From NCBI GenBank assembly GCA_963743635.1, contig CAVUQO010000002.1, positions 416,001 through 480,000 of the forward strand: 64,000 nucleotides of DNA, written 5' to 3'. Below the pieces are notes generated by a model, which was given only the letters and a program-made list of their open reading frames with translations, was not told the origin of the DNA and searched no databases. The DNA is from Candidatus Babeliales bacterium. Its GTDB lineage: Bacteria > Babelota > Babeliae > Babelales > Vermiphilaceae. Each line of letters opens with the position of its first letter. Positions within the stretch are counted from its first letter, which is position 1. The position numbers were made by a program, and so were the translations under genes. Below are positions 1 to 10,531 of this stretch, one piece after another.

Positions 1-29
1 GAGTTAATCCGTAAGGAAGGAAGCTGTAT

Positions 30-1573
30 ATGAATACAACTCAACGTCTTTCATTTTGCCTAGCATTGCGTTTTGGGTCTTTTTGGCTATCGCGGCATTG
101 GCATTGTTATATTTTACGATGGGATAAAGCTACGATTTGGTATCGACTTGTTGGTGGTACCTATATTACTCTCCGAGTTCAAACAGATAAAGCCGTTGAA
201 TCTGACTTGGCAGTCGCATGCAGAGCTTTCCTGATAAGCTAAAACGTGAAAGGCTCCCTATTCCCGAGAAAAAAAAATCGAAAATGAGGCTATTGATTTT
301 GACTTTCAAGATGCGGATGCGGCTCAGAAGGCATCTTCTTTATATAAATTGCAAGAAGCGGGATTAAGCAATCGGTTGAGGGCATTGTTATTAAACTTGA
401 TTGGATGATAAAGCACACGAATCAAGAAAGATGCCGTTACCGCAATATGGAAGTGCTTACGCGCACGATTGAATGCGTTAGGTGTTGAAGAAATTCCTAT
501 TGCTCCACAAGGTGAACGAAATATCATTGTTGAACTTCCTGATGTTCAGGATCCTGAACAAGCAAAAGCGATGATTGGCAAGGCAGCTAATTTAGAATTC
601 AAGCTCGTCCAAGGCGCTGGCGCAACGAAGAAGATATTCTCTATGAAAATGATGGCGTTCTGCCAGAAGGCATGAAATAGTTCCTGATACCAGCATAAAA
701 ACGCAAGTTACTATCTTAGTACTCAAAATATGCAGAATTGACTGGCGAGAATTACTTAGATGCACGTGCAGAACTTGATCCTGCAAATAATAGCATGGTT
801 ATTGAATTCTTGATTGAGTCCAGAAGGCGGAGAAAAATTTGAAGAATTAACGAAAAAAAATATAGGCAAAACACTTGCAGTAGTGCTTGATGGTGTTGTC
901 GTTATCGCGCCAACTATCAATGAGTCCTATCAAAATGAAGGGTACTATTACCGGTGACTTTACACCTAGAAGCAAGCAAAAGAATTTGCTATTTTCCTTA
1001 AATCAGGTGCATTCGTTGCGCCAGTAACGTTTGAAGAAGAACGTCAAATCGGTTCAACACTTGGTAAAGAATCAATTCATCAAGGGCTTCGTGTCTTGCG
1101 CGGTTGGCTTGGACTGCTTGTTCCTGTTTAGTATCTTTTACTACAGACTCTGCGGATTACTTGCCTTTATCACCTTGATTTACAACTTGTTCTTTACGCT
1201 CCTTTGTTTGGCATGGCTTCAAGCGACGTTAACGTTGCCTGGTATTGCCGGTATGGTACTTACCGTCGGTATGGCAATTGATGCATCAATATTGATTTAT
1301 GAACGAATTAAAGAAGAATTGGCATCGGGCAAGGCGATACGCGCAGCAGTTAATGCTGGATTTGCCGATGCATTACGGGTAATTTTGGATGCTAATATCA
1401 CTACCTTTATCGTTGGCGTTGTGCTTTACCATTTTGGTACTGGCCCAATCCAAGGCTTTGCGGTAACCATGATGCTTGGCGTTATTGCCACCCTTGATTA
1501 CGGGGTTTTTCTTCTTAAAATCACTGTTCAATGTATTATTGAACAACTTTCATGTTCAAAAGCTAGAATTTAG
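30..1573 (+). CDS. secD: Protein translocase subunit SecD, split by several frameshifts (probably sequence indels)
   Basis: Fragments across frames: GGTYITLRVQ, NALGVEE..IIVELPDVQDPEQAKAMIGKAANLEF, TLTLPGIAGMVLTVGMAIDASILIYERIKEEL, ILDANITT, GTGPIQGFAVT. Confidence 0.92.
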
Positions 1574-1610
1574 TTATAATAAAGGTCAAATTAGCTTAAA
1601 AATATAATTA

Positions 1611-1684
1611 GGCGACGTAGCTCAGCTGGTTAGAGCGGCGGAATCATAATCCGTAGGTCCGGGGTTCGAGTCCCTGCATCGCCA
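1611..1684 (+). tRNA. tRNA-Met(CAT), probably elongator; CCA not encoded
   Basis: GGCGACG..CATCGCC acceptor stem, TAGCTCAGCTGGTTAGAGC D-arm, GCGGA-ATCATAA-TCCGT anticodon arm, GGTTCGAGTCC T-loop. Confidence 0.92.
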
Positions 1685-1692
1685 TACTTCGC

Positions 1693-1733
1693 TCCGTTCA
1701 TCCTGAGCGATGAGCTCGGCGAAGAGTCGAAGG
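1693..1733. repeat. REP-like palindrome (family B) just downstream of tRNA-Met
   Basis: CCGTTCATCCTGAG...TCGAAGGA matches the CCGTTCG(C/T)CCTGAG..CGAA(G/T)GG arms seen elsewhere in the window. Confidence 0.55.
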
Positions 1734-1897
1734 ACGTATGGCTGACGCCCGTGCAGGAATTATCCAAGATATTAGCAGGCGCAGACAGAAGCTTCCATGC
1801 GGCACGAAAATCTCCCTCAAATTTCTACAATGCACACATTTCTAAAGAATAGCTTATGCATATAGGCACCAAAAAACGCACATAGGCAGATCATCAT

Positions 1898-2539
1898 ATG
1901 AACACGTTTAAAAACGTTAACTTACCAAACAGACTTACCATCATCAGACTTGTAGTCTCTCCACTTCTACTTCCTCTTTTACTCGTTGCTTTTCTTCCCG
2001 CTAACTTATTGTGGCTTAACAGCATCTTGGCGTTTCTTTTTGTGTTGTTTGGATTAACCGATTTTTTTGATGGGTATTTAGCGCGCAAGTTGCAGCAAGA
2101 AACATCGCTCGGTAAGATGCTTGATCCGATTGCCGATAAATTTTTAGTGTATTCTACGTTGGTTGCACTGCTCAAAGCAGACAAGATCTTTTTCTACTGG
2201 GTTATACTTTTTATTGGTCGTGAATTTTTTGTAATGGGTCTGCGTTCAATTGCATTGGAACATAATCTTTCAGTACCCGTCTCATGGCTTGGCAAAGTCA
2301 AAACATTCTTCCAGATGGTATTACTCACTTGGATTATTCTCAATCCTTATCAAAAAACATTGGGCTATGGATCGATCTGGAATAGCGGTGAATTGTGTTT
2401 GCTCATTATCACACTCGCTTTAACGATCATTTCCGCCTATCAATATTTCACCGCTTTTCTTATTGCATTCATGGAACAGCAGCATAAACATGAACCGCTG
2501 GACCTGAATCCGGATGATATTCATGATGACGCAGTATAA
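1898..2539 (+). CDS. pgsA: CDP-diacylglycerol--glycerol-3-phosphate 3-phosphatidyltransferase
   Basis: NLPNRLT start and CDP-alcohol phosphotransferase motif TDFFDGYLAR..G..LDPIADK. Confidence 0.95.
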   Translation: MNTFKNVNLPNRLTIIRLVVSPLLLPLLLVAFLPANLLWLNSILAFLFVLFGLTDFFDGYLARKLQQETSLGKMLDPIADKFLVYSTLVALLKADKIFFYWVILFIGREFFVMGLRSIALEHNLSVPVSWLGKVKTFFQMVLLTWIILNPYQKTLGYGSIWNSGELCLLIITLALTIISAYQYFTAFLIAFMEQQHKHEPLDLNPDDIHDDAV

Positions 2540-3107
2540 TTTCCTATTAGCCCTCGGGGCATATCTCATTGGATCAATTCCGACTGGATATTTGATTGCA
2601 AGATTGGCTGGTATTGCCGACATTCGCAAGCATGGTTCGGGTAACATTGGTGCAACAAACGTTGCGCGGGTACTCGGGATCCATGGTTTTTTTATAGTAT
2701 TGTGTATAGATGCGTTGAAAGCGTATGGGTATTTGCAGTATGTACGCAGCCTGGTGCCTGACGATAACTACTTGTCTGCGATTGCAGTTTTGCTCTTAGT
2801 AGGAAATGTTTATTCCCTCTTTCTGGGATTTCGTGGCGGAAAAGGAGTTGCCACGAGTGTGGGTATTATTGTGGCATTGATGCCCGGATTATTTGCGTCT
2901 ATGTTTGCGGTATGGTTCCTAGCGTATGCGCTTACCAAAACGGTGGGGATTGCATCAGTGGCTGGATGCGTTGCGTTTCCAGTATTGACATGGTATCAAT
3001 ATGGGGCAATGCACGTGTACGTTCCGCTTAGTATTTTGCTTGCAGTATCATTACTGCTTACACACCGCGCGAACATAGCTCGGTTTTTTGAGACTCTTTC
3101 TTCTTAA
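2526..3107 (+). CDS. plsY: Glycerol-3-phosphate acyltransferase PlsY
   Basis: YLIGSIPTG, DIRKHGSGNIGATNVAR, FRGGKGVAT, HRANIAR. Confidence 0.95.
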   Translation: MTQYNFLLALGAYLIGSIPTGYLIARLAGIADIRKHGSGNIGATNVARVLGIHGFFIVLCIDALKAYGYLQYVRSLVPDDNYLSAIAVLLLVGNVYSLFLGFRGGKGVATSVGIIVALMPGLFASMFAVWFLAYALTKTVGIASVAGCVAFPVLTWYQYGAMHVYVPLSILLAVSLLLTHRANIARFFETLSS

Positions 3108-3951
3108 AATGCGACTTCTCAATGAGTCCAGCCTTCATCATTTCTTTTACGAGATCATCGTATTTACGGTGATCACATAAAAACCCTTTAATGCCGACAG
3201 CTTCTGCGCCACGCAGATTCTCATGTTGGTCGTCAATCAAATAACAGTCTGCAGGGTTAAGATTATGTGCAATTAAGGTGTACATATAAATGTCTGGATA
3301 AGGCTTAATCGTTTTGATGTCAGCCGAAATAATCGTGCCATCAAATAGATTGAAAATATCAGGATATTCTTTTTTAAGCAGCTCAATTAACTGAGTGTCC
3401 ATATTGGAAATGAGATATACCTCATGCCCCCGTTTTTTACATGCACGTACTAATTCGATACCATCCTTGATGGGCTTATAAATATCGGCCCGAACTTCAG
3501 GATCAAAGATGAGTGTGGTGATTTTTTTCATAAGCAGCATTTCTGTCTTGCTCTCAAAGAATTTGTTCTCGACTGCAAGAACGTCAATATGATTATGGAT
3601 ACGAGTGATAACTTCATAACTATCAATGGTACCGGTCAACCAGTCACGCATGATCTTAGGCAGTACAACATTCTTATGCAATGGCATAAGATCGTCGTGT
3701 GCATGATGCTCAGGATCAAGTTCGTGTAAGAGTTTGAATAATTTTTCTTCAAGCTCATCAGTGTTACCACCTTTAATCATATATGCTATGATGCTGCCGC
3801 CCAAATGCTGTAATGATTTCATTTTACCCAAACGAAAGAGTACCCCATTCAAATCGAATAGAATAGCCGATGTTTTGGGGGGTGTGAATGATGCACACAA
3901 GAAAAGCATGAGTGTGCAGAAAAGCCCTGTAGATAGTAATTTCTTCATCAT
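3058..3951 (-). CDS. HAD-family hydrolase with N-terminal signal/anchor
   Basis: Motif I FDLNGVL, ISN, KPYPDIY, IDD..N..GA..VGI. Confidence 0.85.
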   Translation of the reverse strand: MMKKLLSTGLFCTLMLFLCASFTPPKTSAILFDLNGVLFRLGKMKSLQHLGGSIIAYMIKGGNTDELEEKLFKLLHELDPEHHAHDDLMPLHKNVVLPKIMRDWLTGTIDSYEVITRIHNHIDVLAVENKFFESKTEMLLMKKITTLIFDPEVRADIYKPIKDGIELVRACKKRGHEVYLISNMDTQLIELLKKEYPDIFNLFDGTIISADIKTIKPYPDIYMYTLIAHNLNPADCYLIDDQHENLRGAEAVGIKGFLCDHRKYDDLVKEMMKAGLIEKSHFKKKESQKTELCSRGV

Positions 3952-4188
3952 AGTCGTTCTCCTTTAACCCTGTAATAGGGTATATTATAGTTATAGTATA
4001 CCATATCCCTATATAATTTCAATATGAAAAGATTTTTGGTTCTTAACCGGCCATTGGTGGCTCATTTTGAGGCTGTTTATACCTGGAAAAGGGGTGAAAA
4101 AGGGGTTAAAAAATGGCCAAAGAGGGGCCTTTTGAAGGATTTTCGGTGAAAAGGGGTGGGGATCCCTGAAAAGAGACCTTTCTCAAGC

Positions 4189-4219
4189 AAAAGAGGCACC
4201 CGATTGAGGCGCCTCTTTT
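4189..4219 (-). terminator. Rho-independent terminator, copy 1 of 3 (also 4837-4867, 5498-5528)
   Basis: AAAAGAGGCACC-CGATTG-AGGCGCCTCTTTT hairpin, identical downstream of each of three small genes. Confidence 0.8.
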
Positions 4220-4245
4220 AGTTTGTTCTCTATAAGATGTATTGC

Positions 4246-4539
4246 TTATTTTCGCACTACGTCTTTTACGTCTTCGATAGCTTCCATTTTTGCTTCATAA
4301 CGCTTCTGTTCTTCAGGTGTTAGTGTGCCTGCACGGCGTAGTTCTGCAATTTTATCTAAACAAGCATTAAATTCAGCTTCTAACTCTGCTAGAAATGTCT
4401 GTTTTTGTTCAGCAGTCATAGGCGAGTTTGCTCGTTTCATTTGAGCTTTTACGCGTCTTTCATCGGTAGAGTTCATTGCCAATACTGATGCGCTGTAACC
4501 CACAAGGGCAACCAAAGCCATTAATTTTAGTATCTTCAT
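4246..4539 (-). CDS. Small secreted helical protein, cassette 1
   Basis: MKILKLMALVALVGYSASVLA|M signal peptide; AGGAGA RBS. Confidence 0.85.
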   Translation of the reverse strand: MKILKLMALVALVGYSASVLAMNSTDERRVKAQMKRANSPMTAEQKQTFLAELEAEFNACLDKIAELRRAGTLTPEEQKRYEAKMEAIEDVKDVVRK

Positions 4540-4587
4540 ATTGTTTTTCTCCTAATTTATGAAGATTAATATATAACTATCAATTAC

Positions 4588-4618
4588 CAGCATAGGGGAA
4601 AAGGCCCGTTGAAATCAA
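4588..4618 (-). promoter_or_regulatory. Putative sigma70 promoter repeated in each cassette
   Basis: Minus strand TTGATT-N18-TATGCT ~50 bp upstream of the ATG; conserved in all three units. Confidence 0.5.
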
Positions 4619-4886
4619 TGGTTTAAGTCTTTTTTTTAATTGAATGTGCTTTCAGAGCGGCTATCCGAAGGTAAAAGTGCACTAAATCCATCTATGCAGG
4701 GCTTTTATGGCAGGTTTGGACAGGTTTGGATCCCTGGGGAATTCGGATATGAGGGCGCATCACGAATTCATCATTTTATGGTATAAGGATTTTGGGGGAA
4801 AGATTGGGATCTATGAGAAAGAGACCGTTCTCAAGCAAAAGAGGCACCCGATTGAGGCGCCTCTTTTAGTTATTATTCGCGGTGTA

Positions 4887-5204
4887 TTAGATGGTGTGTG
4901 GGAAAGCGAATTGTGCTTCATTAAGAGCGTCATTTCTCTCATCCCAGCGTTGTTTTAAAAGCTTTTGTTCTGGAGTTTTTCTTTCTTCTGCAGTCGGCGC
5001 TTTTGCTTTCTTATATTCTTCTAATATAGCGTCTTGTTCAGCTTGGATTTCTGCCAAAAGCTTTGCTTGTTCTGCTTTCGTGTAAGCTGCTTTTGCTCTC
5101 TTTAGTAGATCGGCTGCATGTGCTTTATCTGCTGCAGTCATTGCTAACGCTGATGACCCGCAACCCACAAGGGCAACTAAAGCCATTAATTTTAGTATCT
5201 TCAT
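4887..5204 (-). CDS. Small secreted helical protein, cassette 2
   Basis: MKILKLMALVALVGCGSSALA|M signal peptide; same RBS. Confidence 0.85.
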   Translation of the reverse strand: MKILKLMALVALVGCGSSALAMTAADKAHAADLLKRAKAAYTKAEQAKLLAEIQAEQDAILEEYKKAKAPTAEERKTPEQKLLKQRWDERNDALNEAQFAFPHTI

Positions 5205-5567
5205 ATTGTTTTTCTCCTAATTTATGAAGATTAATATATAACTATCAATTACCAGCATAGGGGAAAAGGCCCGTTGAAATCAATAAATCGTTTTTTTTTT
5301 TGCACATTTGGCTGCCAGAGCAGTTATCTGAAGGTCAAAGTGCGCGAAAATCGTCTACGCAGGGCTTTTATGGCAGGTTTTGACAGGTTGGGATCCCTGG
5401 GGAATTCGGATATGGGCGCATCACGAATTCATCATTTTATGGTATAAGGATTTTGGGAGAAAGATTGGGATCTATGAGAAAGAGACCTTTCTCAAGCAAA
5501 AGAGGCACCCGATTGAGGCGCCTCTTTTAGTTATTATTCGTGATGTATTAGAAGGTTGAGGGTGATA

Positions 5568-5936
5568 CTACCACGTTTCCCTAACCACGCTTGGCCAATT
5601 GTCCAATTCTCCCTGCAACATCATTCGGGTATTCCTGACTTCCGCATATATACGCTGAAGTGCCATGAGTTCCCTGAATTGTCCACTTACTGCAGTTACT
5701 GGAGTCTCATTCATAAGTTTAAATGCTTCATCTTGTACGATGCCTGCCTGCTGAATAGCGTACGTTACCATATTCTTGTCTCTGAAACCCAGAGGCGGCT
5801 TGAGGCTCTCTTGCGCAAGACGTGTAACTTCTTTGGCTGCTGCCTCTAGCCTTTGGACGTCTTCTTGGGTCACTGCGACGATAGCTTGACTGCAGCACAC
5901 CAGTGCCACTAACGCTATTGATTTTAGTATCTTCAT
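5568..5936 (-). CDS. Small secreted helical protein, cassette 3
   Basis: MKILKSIALVALVCCSQAIVA signal peptide; same RBS. Confidence 0.85.
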   Translation of the reverse strand: MKILKSIALVALVCCSQAIVAVTQEDVQRLEAAAKEVTRLAQESLKPPLGFRDKNMVTYAIQQAGIVQDEAFKLMNETPVTAVSGQFRELMALQRIYAEVRNTRMMLQGELDNWPSVVRETW

Positions 5937-6184
5937 ATTGTTTTTCTCCTAATTTATGAAGATTAATATATAACTATCAATTACCAGCATAGGGGAAAAG
6001 GCCAGTTGAAATCAATGATTCAAGGATTTTTTTTAATTGAATGTGCTGCCAGAGCCGATATCCGAAGGCAAAAGTGCACGAAAATCGTCTGCGCAGGGCT
6101 TTTATGGCAGGTTTTGACAGGTTGGGATCCCTGGGAAATTAGGATATGATACCCCATCACGAACCGATCATTTTATGATATAAT

Positions 6185-6349
6185 GAAACGCTCAACGGGT
6201 TAAAACCCGTTGTTTCGCGCTAAGCTTACTGAAATACCCAGGCTTCGCTAATACTTCGAAGTAATACCTCAGGAAGTATTTTGCTTCGTCGGGTTATTCT
6301 ATTCGCTTACATCCACGCGCTAAAGCACGTGGTTTTCGCGACCTAGAAT
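6185..6349 (+). mobile_element. Non-coding ~165 bp palindromic element, family A copy 1 (MITE-like)
   Basis: GAAACGCTCAACGGGTTAAAACCCGTTG ... CCACGCGCTAAAGCACGTGG ... CGCGACCTAGAAT; homologous copies at 28482-28647 (inverted) and 38102-38327. Confidence 0.8.
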
Positions 6350-6391
6350 AAAACTAATACCCAAGGATCGATTTTTATAAAGGAATGTGCC

Positions 6392-8127
6392 GTGAAATTT
6401 ATTGAAGTTGCAGAGTGTTTTTCTCGCATAGAGGAAACCAGTGGGCGTGTAGAAATTACCAAATTATTGGCTGATCTTTTTAAAAAGGCGCGGCCGCATG
6501 ATGCTGAAATTATCGTTAATCTCGCGATGGGGCAGTTGAATCCCCCTTATATTGGCACACAATTTAATATCGCAGAAAAAAGCATAATCAACGTCCTTGC
6601 TGAGTTTCTGGGCGTTACCGATGAAACGATTAAACGGCACATCAAAACATCGGGCGATCTTGGGTTAGTGGTCATGGATTATGAATGGCCTGCCGATGGC
6701 GGTTTGACCGTTCTGCAAGTCTATGAGGCGCTGCATCATATTGAAAAAATGAGTGGGACTGGTTCTGTAGAAGAAAAAGCAAAAAATATACGTGAATTAA
6801 TCTGGTAATCTCACGTTCCGTTGAAGCAAAATATGTGTTGCGCGTTATTTTGGGTAAATTGCGTCTTGGTTTTTCTGATATGACGATTGTTGATTCCTTA
6901 TCTTGGATGGAAGCGGGCGATAAATCATTGCGCGGTATTATCGAAAATGCGTATAACGTCTGCGTTGACCTCGGGCTTATTGCATTCGAATTCAAAGAAA
7001 ATGGCATTGACGCCGTTGAACGCATGAAAGTGCATATTGGTATTCCGATTCGTCCTGCTGCCGCAGAGCGTCTACCGACTGCGCGTGCGATTATTGAAAA
7101 ACTTGGCGTCTGCGTTGCGCAGCCAAAACTCGATGGGTTCCGATTACAAATTCACCTTGATAAACGCACTGCACGCGCGAAAGTGCATTTTTTTTCCCGC
7201 AATTTAATCGATATGTCCCACATGTTTCCTGATCTTACTCACGCAGTTGCCAGTCTTGACGTGACCGACATGATTTGTGAGGGCGAAGCGATTGTCTACG
7301 ATCCAAATACCAACACATTCCTGCCATTCCAAGAAACCGTAAAGCGCAAACGTAAGCATGGCATCGAAGAGGCAATTGAAAGCTTTCCGTTGCGCGTTTA
7401 TCTGTTTGATCTTTTGTATTTGAATGGTAAAGAGATGATGAGCAAAACGCATGAAGAGCGGCGCGATGCATTGCTCAAGATCTGCAAGCACAATACCGAT
7501 AGTCGGATTGCGGTGATCGATGAAAGGGTGATGAGGACGCCAGAGGAGCTAGAAGCCGATTTTAACGAAAACATTACCGCCGGTTTGGAAGGCTTAGTTG
7601 TGAAACGCCCCGATGCGATTTATCAGCCCGGCAAACGCAACTTTAATTGGATCAAACTTAAGCGACAAGAAGAAGGCCATCTTGAAGATACGATCGATTG
7701 CGTAATTTTGGGTTATTACCATGGCGCGGGCAAACGTGCTTCATTTGGTATCGGCGCATTCTTAGTCGGTGTTTACAACAAGCATGACGATTGCTTTGAA
7801 ACTATTGCAAAAATTGGCACCGGCATGACCGATGAAGAATGGATTATGCTGCGCAAAAAGTGTGATGAACTCGCGGTTGAAAATCGCCCTCGCAATGTGG
7901 TTTGCGCTAAAGGATTGTATCCTGATGTTTGGGTTTCGCCGGAAATGGTTTGCATGGTACGCGCTGACGAGATTACCGTATCTCCGTTACATGCAGCCGG
8001 CCAATCGGAAAAAACATTAGGATATGCATTACGTTTTCCGCGCTTTATGGGTTATCGTATTGATAAAAGTCCGCGCGAAGCTACGACGGTCAAGGAAATT
8101 GTGGGCTTGTATAAGGATCAGTTTTAG
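6392..8127 (+). CDS. ATP-dependent DNA ligase (DNA-binding + adenylation + OB domains), one frameshift near 6800-6830
   Basis: Adenylation motif QPKLDGFRLQIH, EGE, FDLL, EGLVVK..Y.PGKR..WIKLK, LRFPRF; N-terminal domain in 6392-6808. Confidence 0.93.
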
Positions 8128-8750
8128 TTCTTATCGCAGACTTCCCTAAAAAACGTAACCTCGGCCTTTGGATTTTCAGCACCGACGATGCTGCTGCCAA
8201 TAATAAGGCCGTTGGGTTTGACCTTGATGACGTCAAGGACGTTGGTGCGTTTGATTTTGCCCGCGATGAAGATAGGCAGATCTGTGTTGCCGCGGATCAT
8301 ATCCCAATTATCAAGAAAGATCAGTGCGTCTTTCTCATCATAGGGCTGGTAAAAAATTAATGCACTGGCGCCTATATTTTTTGCTTCTAGGGCCGATTGG
8401 CCGAGTGAGCTGGAGTCCAGCAGATCGATCATGACTTTCATGTTTCGTTTGTACGCTTCATTGCAGGTTGCGTGAATGATGTTTTGGCTTGCGCCGGCCA
8501 TGACGGTTACCCAGTCGGCTCCCGCCTGTGCAAACATTGGCACGGCATCGTAGCCGCGGTAGATCAGTTTAAGATCGACTAAGAGTTCTTTTTCGGGAAA
8601 TGCTTTTTTGAATGCTTCAACGGCGTGAAGGCCATATCGGTATATGAGTAATAAGCCTATTTCAATGATATCTACTTGATCAGCAATCTCGTGTGCAATG
8701 GCGATGGCTTTATCGAGGTCAGCTATGTCAAAGGACACTTGTAGTTTCAT
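8124..8750 (-). CDS. OMP decarboxylase / 3-hexulose-6-phosphate synthase family TIM-barrel protein
   Basis: MKLQVSFD, DIIEIG..LI..YG..AV, VDLK, AGADWVTV, IIGSSI. Confidence 0.8.
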   Translation of the reverse strand: MKLQVSFDIADLDKAIAIAHEIADQVDIIEIGLLLIYRYGLHAVEAFKKAFPEKELLVDLKLIYRGYDAVPMFAQAGADWVTVMAGASQNIIHATCNEAYKRNMKVMIDLLDSSSLGQSALEAKNIGASALIFYQPYDEKDALIFLDNWDMIRGNTDLPIFIAGKIKRTNVLDVIKVKPNGLIIGSSIVGAENPKAEVTFFREVCDKN

Positions 8751-8807
8751 ACGATTCCTTGTTTCCAATTATCGATAGTAAACGTTGGGGAAAGTTGGCA
8801 TGGGTTA

Positions 8808-9551
8808 TTAAGAGGTGAGGATGACACGATAATGTGTTTTTTCTTTCATAACTTCTTTTCTTATTGGTCCGAAGAAATGTCTCATGTACAGCACGTACAG
8901 TGCATTGCTCATTTTGTTGATCTCTGGTTTAACATATATGTCCGGCAAGAGCAAGTTCTCGCCATCTTTGGTAACCGTGGCTCCCAGGGGGACGTAGATA
9001 TTTTCAGGTTTTGCAAAAATGTGTATGTAATCGAAATGATAGGTCGGTATTATGCCTTTTTCTGGCAGCTCTTCCTTACTTACCTTCCAAATGAACATGT
9101 CGCTCACCTCATCTTTGATTCGTTCAAATTTATACATGGCCGCGGGAACGTTTTCTTCGAGTTCCCAGTGGGCAATGGTGGTATTATTCATCATGATGGG
9201 AGTAAGGCGTGTGGTTACGATCAGATGCACTATCGGTTCTTCTTGTTTGCGAGGGAAGATAATTTGGCCATCAGGATTAGAGGTATTGATAAAGCCTTTA
9301 TAAGTTGCAAAAATCCCATTTACTGCGTTTGGATCGATAAAATCTTTGATTATGAACTTACTGGTATAGTCTGGGCGGCTGAATTTTTTGCTGGTTTTAA
9401 GGTTTTCTTCATCAGAAACCGTGAATTCTGGGTAGGGCTTGAAAAAGAGGTTAATTTGGGGGCCAGATACCAGGCGGGCTGAAAGGTTTTGGTTCAGCAT
9501 AAAACATGCTATACTACAGACAATATGGATATATTTTATATATTTCATCAT
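8808..9551 (-). CDS. Secreted hypothetical protein
   Basis: 247 aa ORF with N-terminal signal peptide. Confidence 0.7.
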   Translation of the reverse strand: MMKYIKYIHIVCSIACFMLNQNLSARLVSGPQINLFFKPYPEFTVSDEENLKTSKKFSRPDYTSKFIIKDFIDPNAVNGIFATYKGFINTSNPDGQIIFPRKQEEPIVHLIVTTRLTPIMMNNTTIAHWELEENVPAAMYKFERIKDEVSDMFIWKVSKEELPEKGIIPTYHFDYIHIFAKPENIYVPLGATVTKDGENLLLPDIYVKPEINKMSNALYVLYMRHFFGPIRKEVMKEKTHYRVILTS

Positions 9552-9640
9552 TACACCCGGGGTAGACGTTCATAAACTACCAGTTACAATCAGGATACCA
9601 GAACGTGATAGAATAAAATCTATGGTTTGAGGAATGTCTA

Positions 9641-10287
9641 GTGTATAAGCAGAATGGTGAAACGATTTCCGTTGATGATTTGTGGCAGAATTTCGTTAAA
9701 AATGAACAATTAACCCCTCGAGCAGGAACAGCAATTTCGACACTATACTGAACTATTGTTGGAATGGAACGAAAAAACCAATATTACCCGTATAACATCA
9801 CTGGCTGATATTCTTGAGTATCATTACCGTGATGCCCTCCATTTGGACCGATTTATCGATATGCAGCAGATTAAAACTATCTGCGATATCGGCACCGGCG
9901 GTGGTATTCCGGGTATTCCCCTTAAAATTAAATATCCTCATTTGCACGTAGTATTGATTGAAGTTAATGGTAAAAAAATTGCTTTTTTGCGTGACCTCAT
10001 TGAGACGCTTGGCCTTAAAAATGTGGAGATCGTGGATCTTGACTGGCGCACCTTCCTCAGGCAAACAAATATGCCTATCGACCTTTTTGTCGCGCGGGCA
10101 TCGCTTCCCGTTGATTGAATTAGTCAGAGCATTGACTTCTGGTACTCCATACCATCATAGTACAATGGTATACTGGGCTTCGATGCGTTGGTTTCCCATT
10201 GAACAAGAAAAGGCATATATTAAGCGGGATGAAGCATACGAACTTGGAGACAAGATGCGGCGCTACATCTTTTTAAAAAGTGAGTAA
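9641..10287 (+). CDS. rsmG: 16S rRNA m7G527 methyltransferase RsmG/GidB, frameshifted
   Basis: LLEWNEKTNIT, HYRDAL, DIGTGGGIPGIPL, LIE..KKIAFL, VARA; pieces in different frames. Confidence 0.88.
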
Positions 10288-10337
10288 ATGTGTTGTGTTA
10301 GGATTGTGAAATTAAAGAAATGATGTAGCGCTGTATT

Positions 10338-10459
10338 CCGTTTACCCATTCGAGACATTCTTCGTCCCGTTCCACGAGACTCAGAATCCTCAGGGCAAAC
10401 GGAAATAATATTCATCCCCGTTCGCCCTGAGTAGTGCGTAAGCACGTATCGAATGGGTT
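10338..10459. repeat. Family B REP doublet (REPIN-like)
   Basis: ACCCATTCGAGAC..CTCAGGGCAAACGG / CCGTTCGCCCTGAG..TCGAATGGGT inverted arms. Confidence 0.8.
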
Positions 10460-10531
10460 AGGGGATAAAAGTATAGCTAGCATTTTATTAGAGTGGCATA
10501 CTCGTAAAACGAAACGTTTTGCCGGAGAATT

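Larger units (their letters stand above)
4170..6180. repeat. Tandem array of three ~650-700 bp gene cassettes with conserved non-coding flanks
   Basis: TTTTAGTATCTTCATATTGTTTTTCTCCTAATTTATGAAGATTAATATATAACTATCAATTACCAGCATAGGGGAAAAGG, a ~190 bp upstream block and the terminator each recur three times. Confidence 0.92.

Noticed and set aside
4170..6180. CRISPR array or integron cassette array
   Set aside because: Units are ~650 bp with their own promoter and terminator; there is no short repeat-spacer periodicity, no cas or intI gene, and no recognisable attC core sites.
8832..9482. 216 aa plus-strand ORF
   Set aside because: Antisense shadow of 8808-9551 with unnatural composition.
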